Source of the DNA: Gnetum montanum
Taxonomy: Eukaryota; Plantae; Gnetophyta
Length of the DNA stretch: 64,000 nt
Reading direction: 5' to 3'
Assembly: GCA_015680685.1 (NCBI GenBank)
Contig: MNCI01001846.1
Location: forward strand, 292,902 to 356,901
A program made the position numbers and the translations under genes. The notes under the pieces are model-generated. The model was not told the DNA's origin. It ran no database searches and saw nothing but the letters and a program-made list of their open reading frames with translations. Shown piece after piece: positions 1 through 13,297 of this stretch. Position 1 is the stretch's first letter. Each line of letters starts with the position of its first letter.

Positions 1-2974
1 GCCATCTGTTGCAAACAAGGTATATTTGATGCATCGATTGTTCAATCTGAAGATGGGTGAAGGTGCATCAATTACAAATCACATCAATGGATTCAATACG
101 ATAATTAGTCAATTGAATTCGGTGGCGATCACCTTTGAGGACGAAATCTAAGCATTGATCTTGCTATCATCTTTGCCAGAGAGTTGGTCTGCAACAGTGA
201 CTGCTATGAGTAGCTCATCAGGTACTTTAAAATTAAAGTTGAATGATATTTGAGACTTGATTCTTAGCGAGGACATTTGCAGAAGGGAGTCAAGCGAATC
301 CTTAGGGTCTACTCTGAATACAGAAAGCAGAGTAGGAGCTCACAACGTGGTCAAAACCATGATAATGGTAGATCGAAGTCCAAAGGTAGAGGAAAATCTA
401 AAAATCACAGGAAAGTTGTTTGCTGGAATTGTGACAAGAAGGGTCACTTTAGAAATAAGTGTAGGGCACCAAAGAATAAGAAAAATCACACTCAAGATGA
501 TGAATCAACGAATGCAGCAAAGGAGATTATTGTTGATGCTTTGATTTGCTGTGTGGACAATCCTATTGAATCTTGGATTCTAGATTCATGTGCTTCATTC
601 CACTCCACTCCATGCAAGGAATTATTACACAATTATGTTGCAAGGAAGTTTGGAAAGGTTTATCTTGCAGATGATGAACCTTTGGATATTGTGGGAAAGG
701 GTGAAGTTTAAATAAAGACCACCCAGGGGATGCAATGGAAATTGCAAAATGTAAGACATGTTCCTGGACTTAAGAAAAATTTAATCTCCATTAGTCAGAT
801 GGATTTGGATGGGTATACAACAACATTTGGTGATAGATCATGGAAGATTACCAAGGGAAACTTGGTTGTTGCACGAGGTAGTAAGGTGGGAACATTGTAC
901 ATGACTACAACAAAGAAAGATGTAGTTGCAGTTGCTAACTATGATGGTGATTCAGTCCTATGGCACCAAAGACTTGGGCACATGAGAGAAAAAGGTATGA
1001 AGTTGTTGGCTTCAAAGGGAAAGTTATCAAAGTTTAAATGTGATGATGTTGGCTTGTGTGAAGATTGTGTTTATGGGAAGCAAAAACGAGTTACTTTCTA
1101 AAAGATAGGGAGGATATCACAAACTGAAAAGCTTGAACTGGTGCATTTAGATGTATGGGGGCTAGTTCCAATGAAGTCTCTTGGAGGCTCAAGCTATTAT
1201 GTCACCTTCATTGACGATTCCACTAGGAAGGTATGGGTTTATTTTCTTAAAAATAAATCTGATGTGCTTGCTACTTTTAAAAGGTGAAAAGCTGAAGTAG
1301 AAAATCAGACTGGTTTAAAAATAAAATGTCTGAAGTCAGATAATGGAGGGAAATATGACAACCAAGAATTCAAGAATTTCTATTCAGAAAATGGAATCAG
1401 GATGATCAAGATAGTTCCAAGAACGCTAGAGAAAAATGATGTTGCTGAACGGATGAACAAAACCTTGAATAAAAGAGCTAGGAGCATGAGAATACACTCT
1501 AGGCTACCAAAGTTCTTTTAGGCAAATGCAGTTAACACGGTAGCCTACCTCATTAATCGAGCACCTTCAGTTCCATTGGAGTTCAGAATACTAGAGGAGG
1601 TATGGACTAGGAAGGAGGTAAATCTTTCACATTTAAAATTTTTTGGGTGTGTCTCGTATGTGCATATTGATTCAAATGATAGAGATAAGCTTGATCTTAA
1701 AGCCAAGAAATGTTATTTTATTGGATATGGTTCTGATAATTTTAGTTATCGTTTCTGGGATGATCAAAATAGGAAAATTATCAGACACAGGGATGTCATT
1801 TTTAATGAACACATGGTGTACAAGGATAGGTTCAGTTTAGAATCCAACATTGTAGGGAAGCAAGAAAAGCAATGTGAGAAGGTTGAACTGGAAGAGATAT
1901 CTGAGAGGGATGTGGATGGAATGACTCAAGCAAATCCTGGAAACAAGATAGCTGAAAATGAAAATGACGTTGCAGAAACAACCACACCAGAGCCTTAGTT
2001 AAGAAGGTCTGCAAGAACACCAAAGCCTAGAGAAAGGTACTCTCCCTCATTACATTACTTATTGTTGACTGATGCTGGGGAACCAGAATGTTTGGATGAA
2101 ACAATGTAGGCAACAGATTGTGTTGAGTGGGAGGTGGCTATGAGAGATGAGATGAAGTCACTCCACAAAAATATGACATGGACACTAACTGAGTTGCCAG
2201 AAGGAAAGAAGCCATTGCAGAATAAGTGTGTACAGGGTCAAGGAAGAACATGATGGTAGCAAAACATACAAAGAAAGGTTAGTAGTTAAGGTTTTCCAAT
2301 AGAAAAAGGGAATTGACTACATAGAAATTTTTTCACCTGTAGTAAAGTTGACTGCTATTAGAGTAGTACTAAGTATTGTGGCTACTGATGATTTGCATCT
2401 AGAGTAGCTAGGTGTCAAAACTGCATTTCTACATGGTGACCTCGAAGAAGACATTTACATGACACAATCAAAAGGTTTCCAAGTTCTAGGGAGGGAAAAT
2501 CTGGTGTGTAAATTGAAGAAAAGCCTATATGGGTTGAAGCAGGCTCCAAGGCAATGGTACAAAAAGTTTGATAGATTTATGTGTAAAAATGGCTTTGTTC
2601 GAAGCGAGATGGATCACTGCTACTATTTCAAAAATACTAATGACTGTTATATAATATTTTTGTTATATGTTGATGTGCTAGTTGCAATGACTAGCATGAA
2701 GGAGATCAATAGCTTAAAGTAGCATTTGGCAAGAAAATTTGAGATGAAAGACTTGGGGCCAGCTAAGTAAATACTTGGGATGAGAATATCTAGAGATAGA
2801 TCAAAGGGATTGCTGAAGCTATCTCAAGAAAAGTACATACGAAAGTTGTTGAAAAAGTTTAGTCTTCAAGATGCCAAGATCAGAAATACTCCTATGGGAA
2901 GCCATGTTCATCTTTCCAAGGAGCAGGCACCAAAGACAAATGAGGAGAGAAAACACATGGTCAAAGTACCTTAT

Positions 2975-3834
2975 TGATGAGACATGAATTGCTCATAGTG
3001 TTGGCGGCCGCGTTAAGGCACCCACGATAAGGCACCCACGTTGTATCATGGGCCGCGATATCGCNNNNNNNNNNNNNNNNNNNNNNNNNNNNNNNNNNNN
3101 NNNNNNNNNNNNNNNNNNNNNNNNNNNNNNNNNNNNNNNNNNNNNNNNNNNNNNNNNNNNNNNNNNNNNNNNNNNNNNNNNNNNNNNNNNNNNNNNNNNN
3201 NNNNNNNNNNNNNNNNNNNNNNNNNNNNNNNNNNNNNNNNNNNNNNNNNNNNNNNNNNNNNNNNNNNNNNNNNNNNNNNNNNNNNNNNNNNNNNNNNNNN
3301 NNNNNNNNNNNNNNNNNNNNNNNNNNNNNNNNNNNNNNNNNNNNNNNNNNNNNNNNNNNNNNNNNNNNNNNNNNNNNNNNNNNNNNNNNNNNNNNNNNNN
3401 NNNNNNNNNNNNNNNNNNNNNNNNNNNNNNNNNNNNNNNNNNNNNNNNNNNNNNNNNNNNNNNNNNNNNNNNNNNNNNNNNNNNNNNNNNNNNNNNNNNN
3501 NNNNNNNNNNNNNNNNNNNNNNNNNNNNNNNNNNNNNNNNNNNNNNNNNNNNNNNNNNNNNNNNNNNNNNNNNNNNNNNNNNNNNNNNNNNNNNNNNNNN
3601 NNNNNNNNNNNNNNNNNNNNNNNNNNNNNNNNNNNNNNNNNNNNNNNNNNNNNNNNNNNNNNNNNNNNNNNNNNNNNNNNNNNNNNNNNNNNNNNNNNNN
3701 NNNNNNNNNNNCGAACTGCGACCTAAGGATAACTTTCTAGGTGCCACAACTAGTCCATCTGCAGAGTTCGACCGAATCGCGCGTGCGACGCTCGTTTCGT
3801 ATGGTTGAGTGTAGGGGTACCTCGCCACTCATCA
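2975..3834 (+). mobile_element. Athila-family (D-type) LTR, probably solo, inserted in copia RT; spans assembly gap 3065-3711
   Basis: TGATGAG...CTCATCA termini. Perfect 5-bp TSD CTTAT (2970-2974 / 3835-3839) splits copia KVPY|ASAIGSLMY. The last ~120 bp closely match the 3' end of the D LTRs, and GCGATATCGC occurs at the gap edge. Confidence 0.88.
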
Positions 3835-4586
3835 CTTATGCTTCAGCAATTGGAAGCTTGATGTATGCTATGGTATGTACTAGGCTAGACATAGCTCATG
3901 AAGTGGGAGTTGTTAGCAGGTTTATGTTTGATCCAAGAAGGGAGCATTGGGAAGCTGTAAAGTGGCTCCTCAGATATCTGAAAGGAACTTCAGGTATGAC
4001 ACTTTGTTTTAAAAGGAACAGCATTACTCTACATGGTTTTTCTGATGCAGATTTGGGAGGTGACTTGGATAGCAGGAAGAGCACCACTTGTTGTCTCTTT
4101 ACCGTGGGCAACACGGCTATGAGCTAGATGTCTCAACTTCAGCAGAGCATTACTCTCTCAACCACAGAAGCAGAATATATGGCTATCTTAGAAGCTAGAA
4201 AATAGATGATCTGGTTGAAGGGTCTTCTAAAAGAATTGGGTAAGACACAGGACAGCAATGAGTTTTTCACTGATAGTCAAAGTGTCATACATCTAGCTAA
4301 AAATTCAGTCTTCCATTCCAAATCCAAACACCTTCAACTGAGGTATCATCATACTAGGGAATTGATAGATGATGGAACATTATTGCTAAGGAAGATTCCT
4401 GGTTCCAACAACCTTGTAGACATGTTAACCAAGGCAGTCTCACCTTTGCTAAGCTGAAACTTTGCACAACCTTAACAAGCCTCCATGGTTAGCAATGAGG
4501 AGGCATTCTTTGTGGGATTAATAGCATCTGTGGAATAAGCAAGGGAGTAAGAGCTTTTTTGTTTGATCTGTCTCCAAGTGAGAAAT

Positions 4587-4947
4587 TGTTAAGTTATGTA
4601 GTGACTGATCCAACACGAATCAAAACCAGTTAGCAGCAATGAGCAATAGTTAGCAGTAGTTACCAGTTCTAGCAGGTGGTTCTGGTCTAGTTTCCAGCAA
4701 TGAGGAATAGTTAGCAATAGTTAGCAGTAGTTTCCGGTTCCAGCAGTTGGTGGTTCTGGTCCAATTTCCGTTCTCTTCCGTAACGGCCAAAAACATTCCT
4801 GTAACCATAATTGTATCTAGCAAAAATTGTTTAATAACAATTCTCATGCATTTCCGGGTGGTGTGCTTGCTTAAATGCCACACAAAGCTGTGTGTGTTGC
4901 CTGTGTTTTCTTTTTCTTCTGTTCTTTATTTGTTCCTAAATATAACA
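4587..4947 (+). repeat. 3' LTR of the copia element
   Basis: Starts TGTTA right after the PPT and ends TAACA (terminal inverted repeat). Contains short internal GTTAGCAG-type repeats. Confidence 0.8.
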
Positions 4948-5563
4948 TGACATCCACAGCCCAATCTTCTCGGTAGATAACCTCTGCTCTTTTTAGCAAA
5001 TCTTTGCAATTGGAAGAGATTGAAATAGTACTAGCTTTCAGTGTTGCCAATGTTGTAAATGATCGTGCTCTTTCTTGCATCTTATCTAATATTTTATTCA
5101 TTTATTTAATCTACACAGCAATTTCATAAGTAGCGGGTATAGAATCTATGGTCTGCACCCTACCAAAGCATGCAGCTAGCAAATTGTGAAAACAAGAAAC
5201 CAAGGACATGCACGGGAGGAGGAGGCAAATGGGGCTAATCCTTTCACGGCATATATATAAATGACATCTTGAGCCTCCAGTGCTGCAGAAGGCAAATGGG
5301 GCTAATCCTTTCACGGCATATATATAAATGACATCTTGAGCCTCCAGTGCTGCAGATTCAAGGTCTCTTAGTAGCTTTCTGTCCAAAAGGTTTGACTCTT
5401 GCCTTCCCCCATTTCTGTCTGCATCTGTGAGATATAAGTGCAGATCCTCCAGTCTCATTTGCATCCGAGGAAAACTGTCCCCAAACTCAAAGATAAGCCT
5501 GGCTTCTTGGCCAATTTTGTTGGCTGCTGATGTGAGTGCAACCTTTGCAAGCTCTGTAGCCAA
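4948..5563 (-). pseudogene. CC-NLR (Rx_N-type coiled-coil) resistance-gene N-terminal fragment
   Basis: ATELAKVALTSAANKIGQEARLIFEF...LYLTDAD...LLRDLESAALEAQDVI resembles an Rx-type CC with an EDVID-like motif. Start codon is TTG, a 67-bp tandem duplication shifts the frame, and the sequence is cut by the copia LTR. Confidence 0.7.
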
Positions 5564-6234
5564 TTTTAACCCAAAACTCTACATTTCTAAACACAACAGA
5601 AAGAGCAGATAATATTGCTTCCGTTCAAAGATACCTCAATAGAATTGCAAAAAAAGAGAGGTTCTCATACTTACACGATAAGGAGCCTGTCTTCCCCGGT
5701 TCAAATGTTCAAGATGAGAATCCAATCCCTCTAATCCAGTCGCTGCTTACCGGAGAAGGTGAGGAGACGATGAATTAAAATAAAGCATTTGCAGCACCTT
5801 TTAACTAAGCAAAGGAAACTTATAAAGAATCTTTCACATGTTTAAACAAACGCATTATTCACAAAGACCGAGAATATGAATAGTCAACATCTTCCAAGAA
5901 TCAAAGGTAGTGTTCCAATTTGTTCTTAGAGGACATTCGATGGCATTATCTCAGCTTAATATACGTTCAAGCTAGCTAGCATGTATAGTACATGTTAAAT
6001 CCCTTGCAAATTAGTTGATTTTTTTGGCTGCACAAGCCTCGTTGCTTGTGTGCCAAAGCATATCCAGCATACATGCACATGTTTTTCATCTATATTCACA
6101 ATAAAAATATAATATTATTTTATAGTACTGGCCTCCTCTGGGTCGCCCCTGAATTTATCTTTTCTTCGAAAAGAATATACAATAGTCTTCTTCTTTTTTT
6201 GGTTAACCTACGGACTACTTAAAAGAGCAACCTG

Positions 6235-7812
6235 GATATCGTGGCGCAAATCATATATGCTACTATCCAAGGAGATTTTGTGCTGGCAGCTGCATACGCA
6301 CATGAATTGCCTCGTTGCGGTGTTCCAGTTGGTCTGACAAATTATGCTGCAGGTGAGTCCCAAATCATATTCTTATTGTAATAGTTCTTGTTAGTGTCTT
6401 GGGGTTGTTGATATGCTATTATTTTGTTCTACAGCCTATTGTACTGGCCTCCTCATGCCTAGAAAAAGCTAGGACTGGACGAAGAGGATGTTGGTAATGA
6501 GGGTTAGAACTTTTTTCGACCATTTAACTATGATGTTTTTATTGAAATTGCTTCCTTAGTTAATGTATTCAGTAGAGGTATACATTCAATTGAAATTTAC
6601 GCATCTAATTGTGCTTCCTAGATGCTTCCTATTTTGCCTTATTGATCTCAGGCCACTGGTGAGGACTTCAATGTAGAACAAACTGACAACCGCAGGTCCT
6701 TTAGGGCTCCTTTGGATGTTGGTCTAGTAAGAACAACTACGGGTAACAGGGTTTTCGGTGCTCTGAAGGTTTGTGGCAGCAATGTTATAGTAGGATTTTC
6801 GTTGTGAAATCCATTTGTGTTTTCTTTTTCTGGGGTACCTGGCTGGTTTTTACAACTAACAATTTTCTTGGTGTTTCCTAGGGTGCACTGGATGGAGGTT
6901 TGGAAATGTTGCGGCATATATGCAGGTTGTTAACAGACTCCACAAAGTAGAATTAACTAGCGAATGCCTAAAAGTGGTGTTTTATCTGGCACTGCTGCCA
7001 TTAACTAGTTGATTGATAATTTGCTTGTTTTTGACTTTATGGTTTTCATTGGTAACACTCATTCAAAGCATTAACTTTGCAGTTCTTGTCTTTTGTTGTG
7101 CTGTCTCTATTTTATTTAACGCCTGTTTGGTTGCCGGATTGTTTGGGTGCTGGTTTTTTTTTTTTCATCTATTTTTTTTTTTTAAATTGTCTGCTTTCGG
7201 TTGCTTCTCTGGAGTTCTGCCCAGATGAAACTAAGTTGGCCCACCATTTCTATTTTCGGTTTATTCTCTTCGGATTTCACCGATTGATGTGTAATCTCCT
7301 CTGGAAACTCAACGCCTCTATGGTTTCAAGATAAACGGATTCACCTAACCAAACGGGCCGTTAGGTATTTAGATACTGCAGTTCACATTTTTATGGTGCT
7401 CTGTTTATTTCTTATACAATATCTTCATTATACTTTTAGTTGCTGAGGGAGGACGAACCTGAGAAGTATGTCTCATTTTAGCGAGTATATCAAGAATGGT
7501 ATTGAACCCGAAAATTTGGAAGAGATGTACAAGAAGGCTCATGCTGCCATCAGGCTGACCCATCTATCCAGCACACTGAAACATGTCCCCTAGGAGAAGA
7601 AACAGTGTCATTTCTTAATTTCTTTTATCTTTTTAAGTGTCACAATAAGTTTTTTTTTTAGTATTTTTGTTAAAATGTTAACATTAACTTGTTTTGCCAG
7701 CTCTTTGACTAGAAAACTTACCTGCGAGGAGAGGAAAGCCAAATTAATAGCCAGGCTGAATGCTCTAAATGCTGGTGATGCTGAAGAAGAAAAGGATGAT
7801 GATGATGAGTAA
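6235..7812 (+). pseudogene. RPL5: 60S ribosomal protein L5 (uL18) pseudogene, unprocessed and 5'-truncated
   Basis: Exons ~6235-6352 ([39 protein letters not shown]), ~6435-6502 (YCTGLL, frameshifted), 6652-6768 ([39 protein letters not shown]), ~6882-6900 (GALDGGL, truncated), ~7440-7605 ([23 protein letters not shown]) and ~7701-7812 (KLTCEERKAKLIARLNALNAGDAEEEKDDDDE*). Mostly GT-AG borders; frameshifts and a deleted segment. Confidence 0.92.
7119..7360. mobile_element. Tourist-like (PIF/Harbinger) MITE in an RPL5 pseudogene intron
   Basis: Imperfect 14-bp TIRs ACGCCTGTTTGGTT / AACCAAACGGGCCG, flanked by TTA on both sides (7116-7118, 7361-7363). Confidence 0.65.
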
Positions 7813-9699
7813 ATTGTTAATGTTTCTTGAGAACTCCGTGTTGCTTGGCCAAGTTAGGACATTTAAAAGTTATATCTAGGATTTTTTCAATTTCAATTTT
7901 GTAGGAATGAATGTGATGTTTTTTAAAGCTTTTTGATCGTTGTGCAAGAATTCTTTGACGGAAATTTTCTGAAGACCTGTTGTCTTGTTTTTGAAATGCT
8001 GAAGTTTTCAAACGTTTCCTATTCGGTGGAATAGAATGTGGATTTTACAGACTTTTGAAGTCTATGAATGCAAATGTTCAATGACGATTCAGAATTTTGT
8101 GTTCCCTTTTTATTTAATTTTTTTCTTTTTTCTGTTAAACTTTTCATACAATTTATCAGTTTCCTTTTTTTGTCGGAAACCATGTCAAAACAATGGCCCG
8201 TTTGTTTTCTTGCTTTAATTAGCTTGGCTTGAATTTTGAGCCCAAAAATGCTTAAAAACCTTTTTTTGTAAATGTAGGATTACTTTTGAATCTGAAAACC
8301 TTGGTAGGTTGTTGGACTTAAATGTCGTAACTTCTTTGTTACATCTTTGCAGTTCAGATCTTTATTTGGAAGAAAAAAAGATTGAACACAGAAATGGTTA
8401 GAATAGATTTTATCAATATATCAATGGCATAGGTTTGATTGGCAGAATAATGATTGATGGTCAACATTAATTTTCTTCTTCAATTTACAGCTTCCTACCA
8501 CATTGAACACATTAAATTGGTCAGAACATTATGATTTGACATTTGTTTTATGTACAATTTGAACCCGTGAAAAGTTGTTTCCATGAGCTACAACCTCATA
8601 ATGTTTCATGACTTTGTTTCATTGACATGAAGTTACTAGAGAACATGCACTAAATGAAAAAAATTGATAATTAGTTAGTTATAGATGTTATGAGATTTTT
8701 TAATAACGGTGCCAAAAACCAAAATAATAATAGTAATAATAAATAGTAACAATATATCCACATCAATAATACCCTAGTTTATGATAACTAGACACAAAGT
8801 GCATTACATCATAGCTTCAAAACATCAATAATGTCATTGAAAGAGAAAGGAAATACTTAATGGTTTTGGGGATGCCAATATGGGTTTTCACCCTTGCAAC
8901 CAATCCTAAAAAACCTCCTTTCAACCTTCTTTCTAGGGTAGGACAAAGTTCAAGCATTGCTCTCTATCGGAAGTGCTCTTTTTGGATAAGAAAACTATTT
9001 TGGATAAGGAAACTATTGTGGCATCTAGGGTAGGGTAAAAGGTTGTTTAATAATTTTTATTCCAAAGCCAATTTTTAAATCAAATCACACTAAAATAATA
9101 TAGTTTGGAAACAAAACTAGATGAATATACACCATGAAATTTTTATAGAACATAATAGTATGTCAGATAAACATCCTCATCTCGAAGTTATAACTTGCAA
9201 ATCATAAGATAAGATGTATGCTGCATACTGTAATCAATTGAGATATGACTTACTGAAACTTTTGACTTGGACACTTGTTTGGTCAGGACTCGTTCTCGCA
9301 AAGGCTCGAATCCTGTAACAGGATGTTCTGTTAAATCAAATCCCGTAAGAAGCATTAAACAATCAAGACATGCACCACAGCAGAAAATCATATATAGCAT
9401 CTACTTAAATTTTATAAGAATGTACCATCAAATTTGACTTCTTCAACTGGTTTGAATTTCTGGCGTCATAGCCGACCCACTTTGAGGACTACCACGGACA
9501 GACAGAAAACCTAAAGAATGGAAAACTAAGTAAAGCGTCTAATTTAAATCAAAGAAATCAGAAATACTGCTATATTTAACAGCAAGCTGAACTGAGCATC
9601 GAGACGTAATACAAATTAGAAATGTTGCTATATTGTATAAGCCAGTTGAGGCAGCAAGCCTCTGTTACAATTGCAGAAGGTATACATAAATATGCCTCC

Positions 9700-9852
9700 T
9701 AAATAAACAAGGAAAGTTCTAAAAACGATTCTACTTTCTAAAAACGATTCTACTTTCTAAAGCAAGAATGGCCTTGACAAAAATAATGCTGAAAACGATT
9801 CTACTTTCTAAAGAAAGAATGGCGTAAACAAGGAAAGTTCTGAAAACGATTA
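9700..9852. repeat. Short local repeats (AAAACGATTCTACTTTCTAAA units)
   Basis: Three copies of AAAACGATTCTACTTTCTAAA plus a duplicated TAAACAAGGAAAGTTCT. Confidence 0.7.
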
Positions 9853-10403
9853 AAGCATGGCGCTGTTACAACGATGATGTTGGCTGCCATTTCGGCATGT
9901 CTGCTGCAAAGCAAAGATGGGCAGAGATCAACGGCTCTGATGGCGCTGTTGCTTGCTTGTTACATAACGTACGCTCTTGATTTTCTTTATTATTATTAAT
10001 TATTTTGTTGGTTCACCTTGATTGCAAATAATGTGTCCATAAAGAGAATGTATTTATTTGTAACTACTTATGATTATTAAAATTTAGGTTTACTCAATAG
10101 TAAAATTTAGATTTACTCAATATATGATGATTAAATAAATAAGTTTTTATTGAGTATAATAGAATACAAAAAAGTTTTTTAAACTATTAGTTTGGATTTA
10201 AATAATTAAAGTTTTATTTTAAAAACATCTCAAAGTTTACAACTCCTTATCCATTAAGTATAATTTATGAGTCAAAACTTATAACTTACAATGTGTTAAG
10301 TTAAATTAAAGGAATTTTTTTAGTGCAACTTGGTTGAAGCTCCATGTGACTCTTTGCATTAACATTGTTTACAACTCATTCATTGTTAATGGTATCAAAC
10401 AAT

Positions 10404-10476
10404 GAGGTGTTAGCTTAGTGGTAAGACTCTTGATTTGAAAATTCCAAGTCATCGGTTTGGCTCTGGAGGACAACAC
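10404..10476 (+). mobile_element. Degenerate tRNA-derived SINE head or pseudo-tRNA
   Basis: A-box TAGCTTAGTGG and a degenerate B-box GGTTTGGCTC at tRNA-like spacing. No convincing cloverleaf. Confidence 0.35.
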
Positions 10477-11930
10477 TAAGTTATAAAGTATTGATTGGAC
10501 TATATATCTTAGGGTGTACGTATATTTCAATTATTTCACACTTCCAATACCCACTATTAATGATATTCATTGCAAAATCAATAAATTGCAATAATATGGC
10601 AATAGATAATTTTGTAAATAGCTCATGTTATTATAAATAATTTGTTTAGTGCAAGTGTTATGTTTCAAAATAAGGAAATTTCAAAAAGAGTTAATATTCA
10701 AGAGTGCAACATATATAACATTAACATTAAAATCAAATATAAGTAAATTAATAAGATAGTTATACAAAGGTTTGTAAAAAGGATTTAGTTAATGTATATT
10801 TTCAGCATATTTATATTATGTTTCTGTCATAGTTGCAAATATGATGCAGTTTTTATTTGGGTCAGCTTTAAATTTTGATTGTAGGGTTTACCTTGTAGAC
10901 TTTGTAGGTTTATTANCTAGCTTAGTTATATATTTATAATATATATCTATAAATTGGCCAAGAGAATCTTATTAGTTTACAAGTAAGAAGTTCTTTGAGT
11001 AAAAAATTTCACGACTTCTGGATGAAGAATAAGATTTAAAAACCCAAATTTTCATGCCTTCTAGATGAAGAACAAGAGTTCTATACCTTATTTTTCCTAA
11101 GGATGGGTTTTCTGAAAAGAAAATTTCATCAATTAGTGTATGCTCTCATCCTCGGCCAATTTCCATCAATTTCCCTTCGCGACGTTTTGGTTAACAATGG
11201 TTGACGGGTTTCTTCTCCTGTAGGCCGCTATTTACAATAGAGCCAGCTAGAGCCTAGAGCCAACCAAGAAGCTAGTGGGACGTTGGTTTTTTTTTCCCTC
11301 AGTAACTGCGGGAGCAGGTGGTAGGTTTTGGGTGTGCCTCAACTCTCTGTCTACAAGGCATGCACATCAGCAACAATGGAGACGTGCGACGGAGGTGAAA
11401 ACAAAAGAGGCTCGATGTCAACCTAACAGCAACTCGGGCAGGGCCTCTTCGGGCATAGTTGGAGACGAATAAGTGACAGATTGTGGGGCTCACATAGGTC
11501 GCGCAAGGTAGGAAATGACAGATGCGCGACACCAGATAGTTGCACCTCTCGCATGTCTATCAACAATGGTGGACGTCAATAATGAACAACATTTTTTTCT
11601 CTGTTTTTCTCTCTTTCAGCAGGCAGAAGTCTTTCTCTACTCATAAACAGAAACTCCGCAGAGAAACATTGTTACTGTAATTGACTCAAAAAGACTCAAG
11701 GCAAAGCATTTCGTCTCAAAGAAGTAACATGGAAATTGTGTACCCATTACCGATTTACTACGCTTCAGTAGGTGCTCCCGAATCCAACACAAACTATTCA
11801 TCTAATGAGGCATATTTATGGTTTTCAACGAGACATAACCTTTGGAACGAGGACGCAACCTTTCTAAACGTATTATGCAACCTTTCTAAACATATTTCTG
11901 TTTTGCAACAGACATAACCTTTCATAACAT

Positions 11931-12066
11931 GTCAGCGTTAGTCAGCGTTAGTTAGCGTTATGGACAAAGTTGGTGTTACCAAAATATAACTGGTAATGGC
12001 CTCTAGGGAAAGTCAACATTAGTCAACGTTATGGACAAAGTTGGCATTACCAAAATATGACTGGTA
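11931..12066. repeat. Local duplication (GTCAGCGTTA units plus GGACAAAGTTGG...CCAAAATAT..CTGGTA twice)
   Basis: Directly visible ~55-bp duplicated block preceded by 10-bp tandem units. Confidence 0.6.
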
Positions 12067-12418
12067 CATGACAAATTTGCAACTACTACATTTGATAAAA
12101 TTTCAGAGTGATTAGAGCCTTTATACAAAAATTGCATCATGACAAAATGATTATAAATAACTAATTGAAGATGTTATAATTGATGCAATAAATGTCCTTT
12201 ACTCTTTCTTATTGAGCTATTATTAAATGGATATATACTTCTCCTTATTAGTTTGAGGATTTTCATATTTTAAATGTATTTAATAAGGCCTAAATAATGC
12301 AATCATCATCATGCTTTTGGATGAAAAAGATCAAGAATATTTGGAAAGTTTTCATTTTTCTAAAAAATTAAATTTTTTACAGTGTCTTATCCGTCATGAT
12401 CTTCCTATCGGTACTTGT

Positions 12419-13297
12419 TGATGAAACCTATTTTATCATGGACTACAATATTGTATCTACGATATCATAACCTTACATATGTCAACATAGATGTGATGTA
12501 GTGGGCCATGGTCATGCCTATAAATATTAATCCAATGTTGCATCAAAACAACTTTTGCCTAACCCTTAGCAAAATTTTTGCAGTTTCTTTTCGTAACTTA
12601 GAGTTAGAGTTAAAGTGAATGTCTATAGATGGTGAACTACAATTATACAAAGTCTTTATTCAAGTGGATTGTTCTTGAACACAATTCATGACTAGCAATA
12701 AAGATCGAGATTGTTTTTCATCATTAAAACATTTTACTTAGCTTAATCTTACTTAACATAATTTTACTTGTTAGCATGTTTACTTTTATTAAGTCATTTA
12801 CATTTTCTAAGCACTTTACTTTTCTAATGTCCTTTAGTAAGGCAATATAAGTACAACCAGTCTTGAGTGGAATGTGTAATAGTTTGGTAACCCAGTAGTG
12901 ACTTCGCTTGATTCACTCGATAGTGAATTCACTTGGTAATCCTAGTAATGGTTACATTAGGTGAGGATGTGCATGGCAAGCCAGGAACAAATACTTATCA
13001 CCATAGGCTAGAATACATTTACATTTCTATCACACTTAGACTTAGACCTTCTCATCATTTTTATTATGTTAGTACTTAGTTTTAATTTGAGCCAAGCAAC
13101 ATCATCATATCATATTCCTACCTAAGAGTTAAACCATACAACCTGCACTTTACTAACTCTATGTGAGAAGATAATGATCGCTAACTAAATATCAACTACT
13201 AGTATATTTACATTGTCCATCCACAGATTATGATTAGGTCACATGTGAACACTCATGACTTGTATGGTTGAGTGTTGGAATACCCAACCACTCATCA
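12419..13297 (+). repeat. 5' LTR of element A
   Basis: TG...CA termini, following PBS, decayed GATATC motifs, TATAAATA near 12518, and 3' end similar to the C/D LTRs. Confidence 0.8.

Larger units (their letters stand above)
1..4947 (+). mobile_element. Ty1/copia LTR retrotransposon (Tnt1/Tork-like), degenerate; 5' end lies outside the window
   Basis: Gag zinc knuckle CWNCDKKGHFRNKC, protease WILDSCASFH, GAG-pre-integrase LWHQRLGH..CEDCVYGKQ, integrase, RT LKKSLYGLKQAPRQWY and LLYVD, RNase H SDADLGGDLDSRKST and KSKHLQLRYH in copia order. Many stops and frameshifts. PPT-like CTCCAAGTGAGAAAT precedes the 3' LTR. Confidence 0.96.

Noticed and set aside
3041-3828. Long ORFs in the ORF track
   Set aside because: Artefacts of the N gap at 3065-3711.
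10404-10476. Functional tRNA gene (also 45714-45792)
   Set aside because: B-box is degenerate and the stems do not pair into a cloverleaf; kept only as possible SINE heads.
11160-12070. GC-richer segment with short ORFs and repeats, possibly a DNA-transposon end or promoter
   Set aside because: No matching TIR, TSD or recognisable coding motif found.
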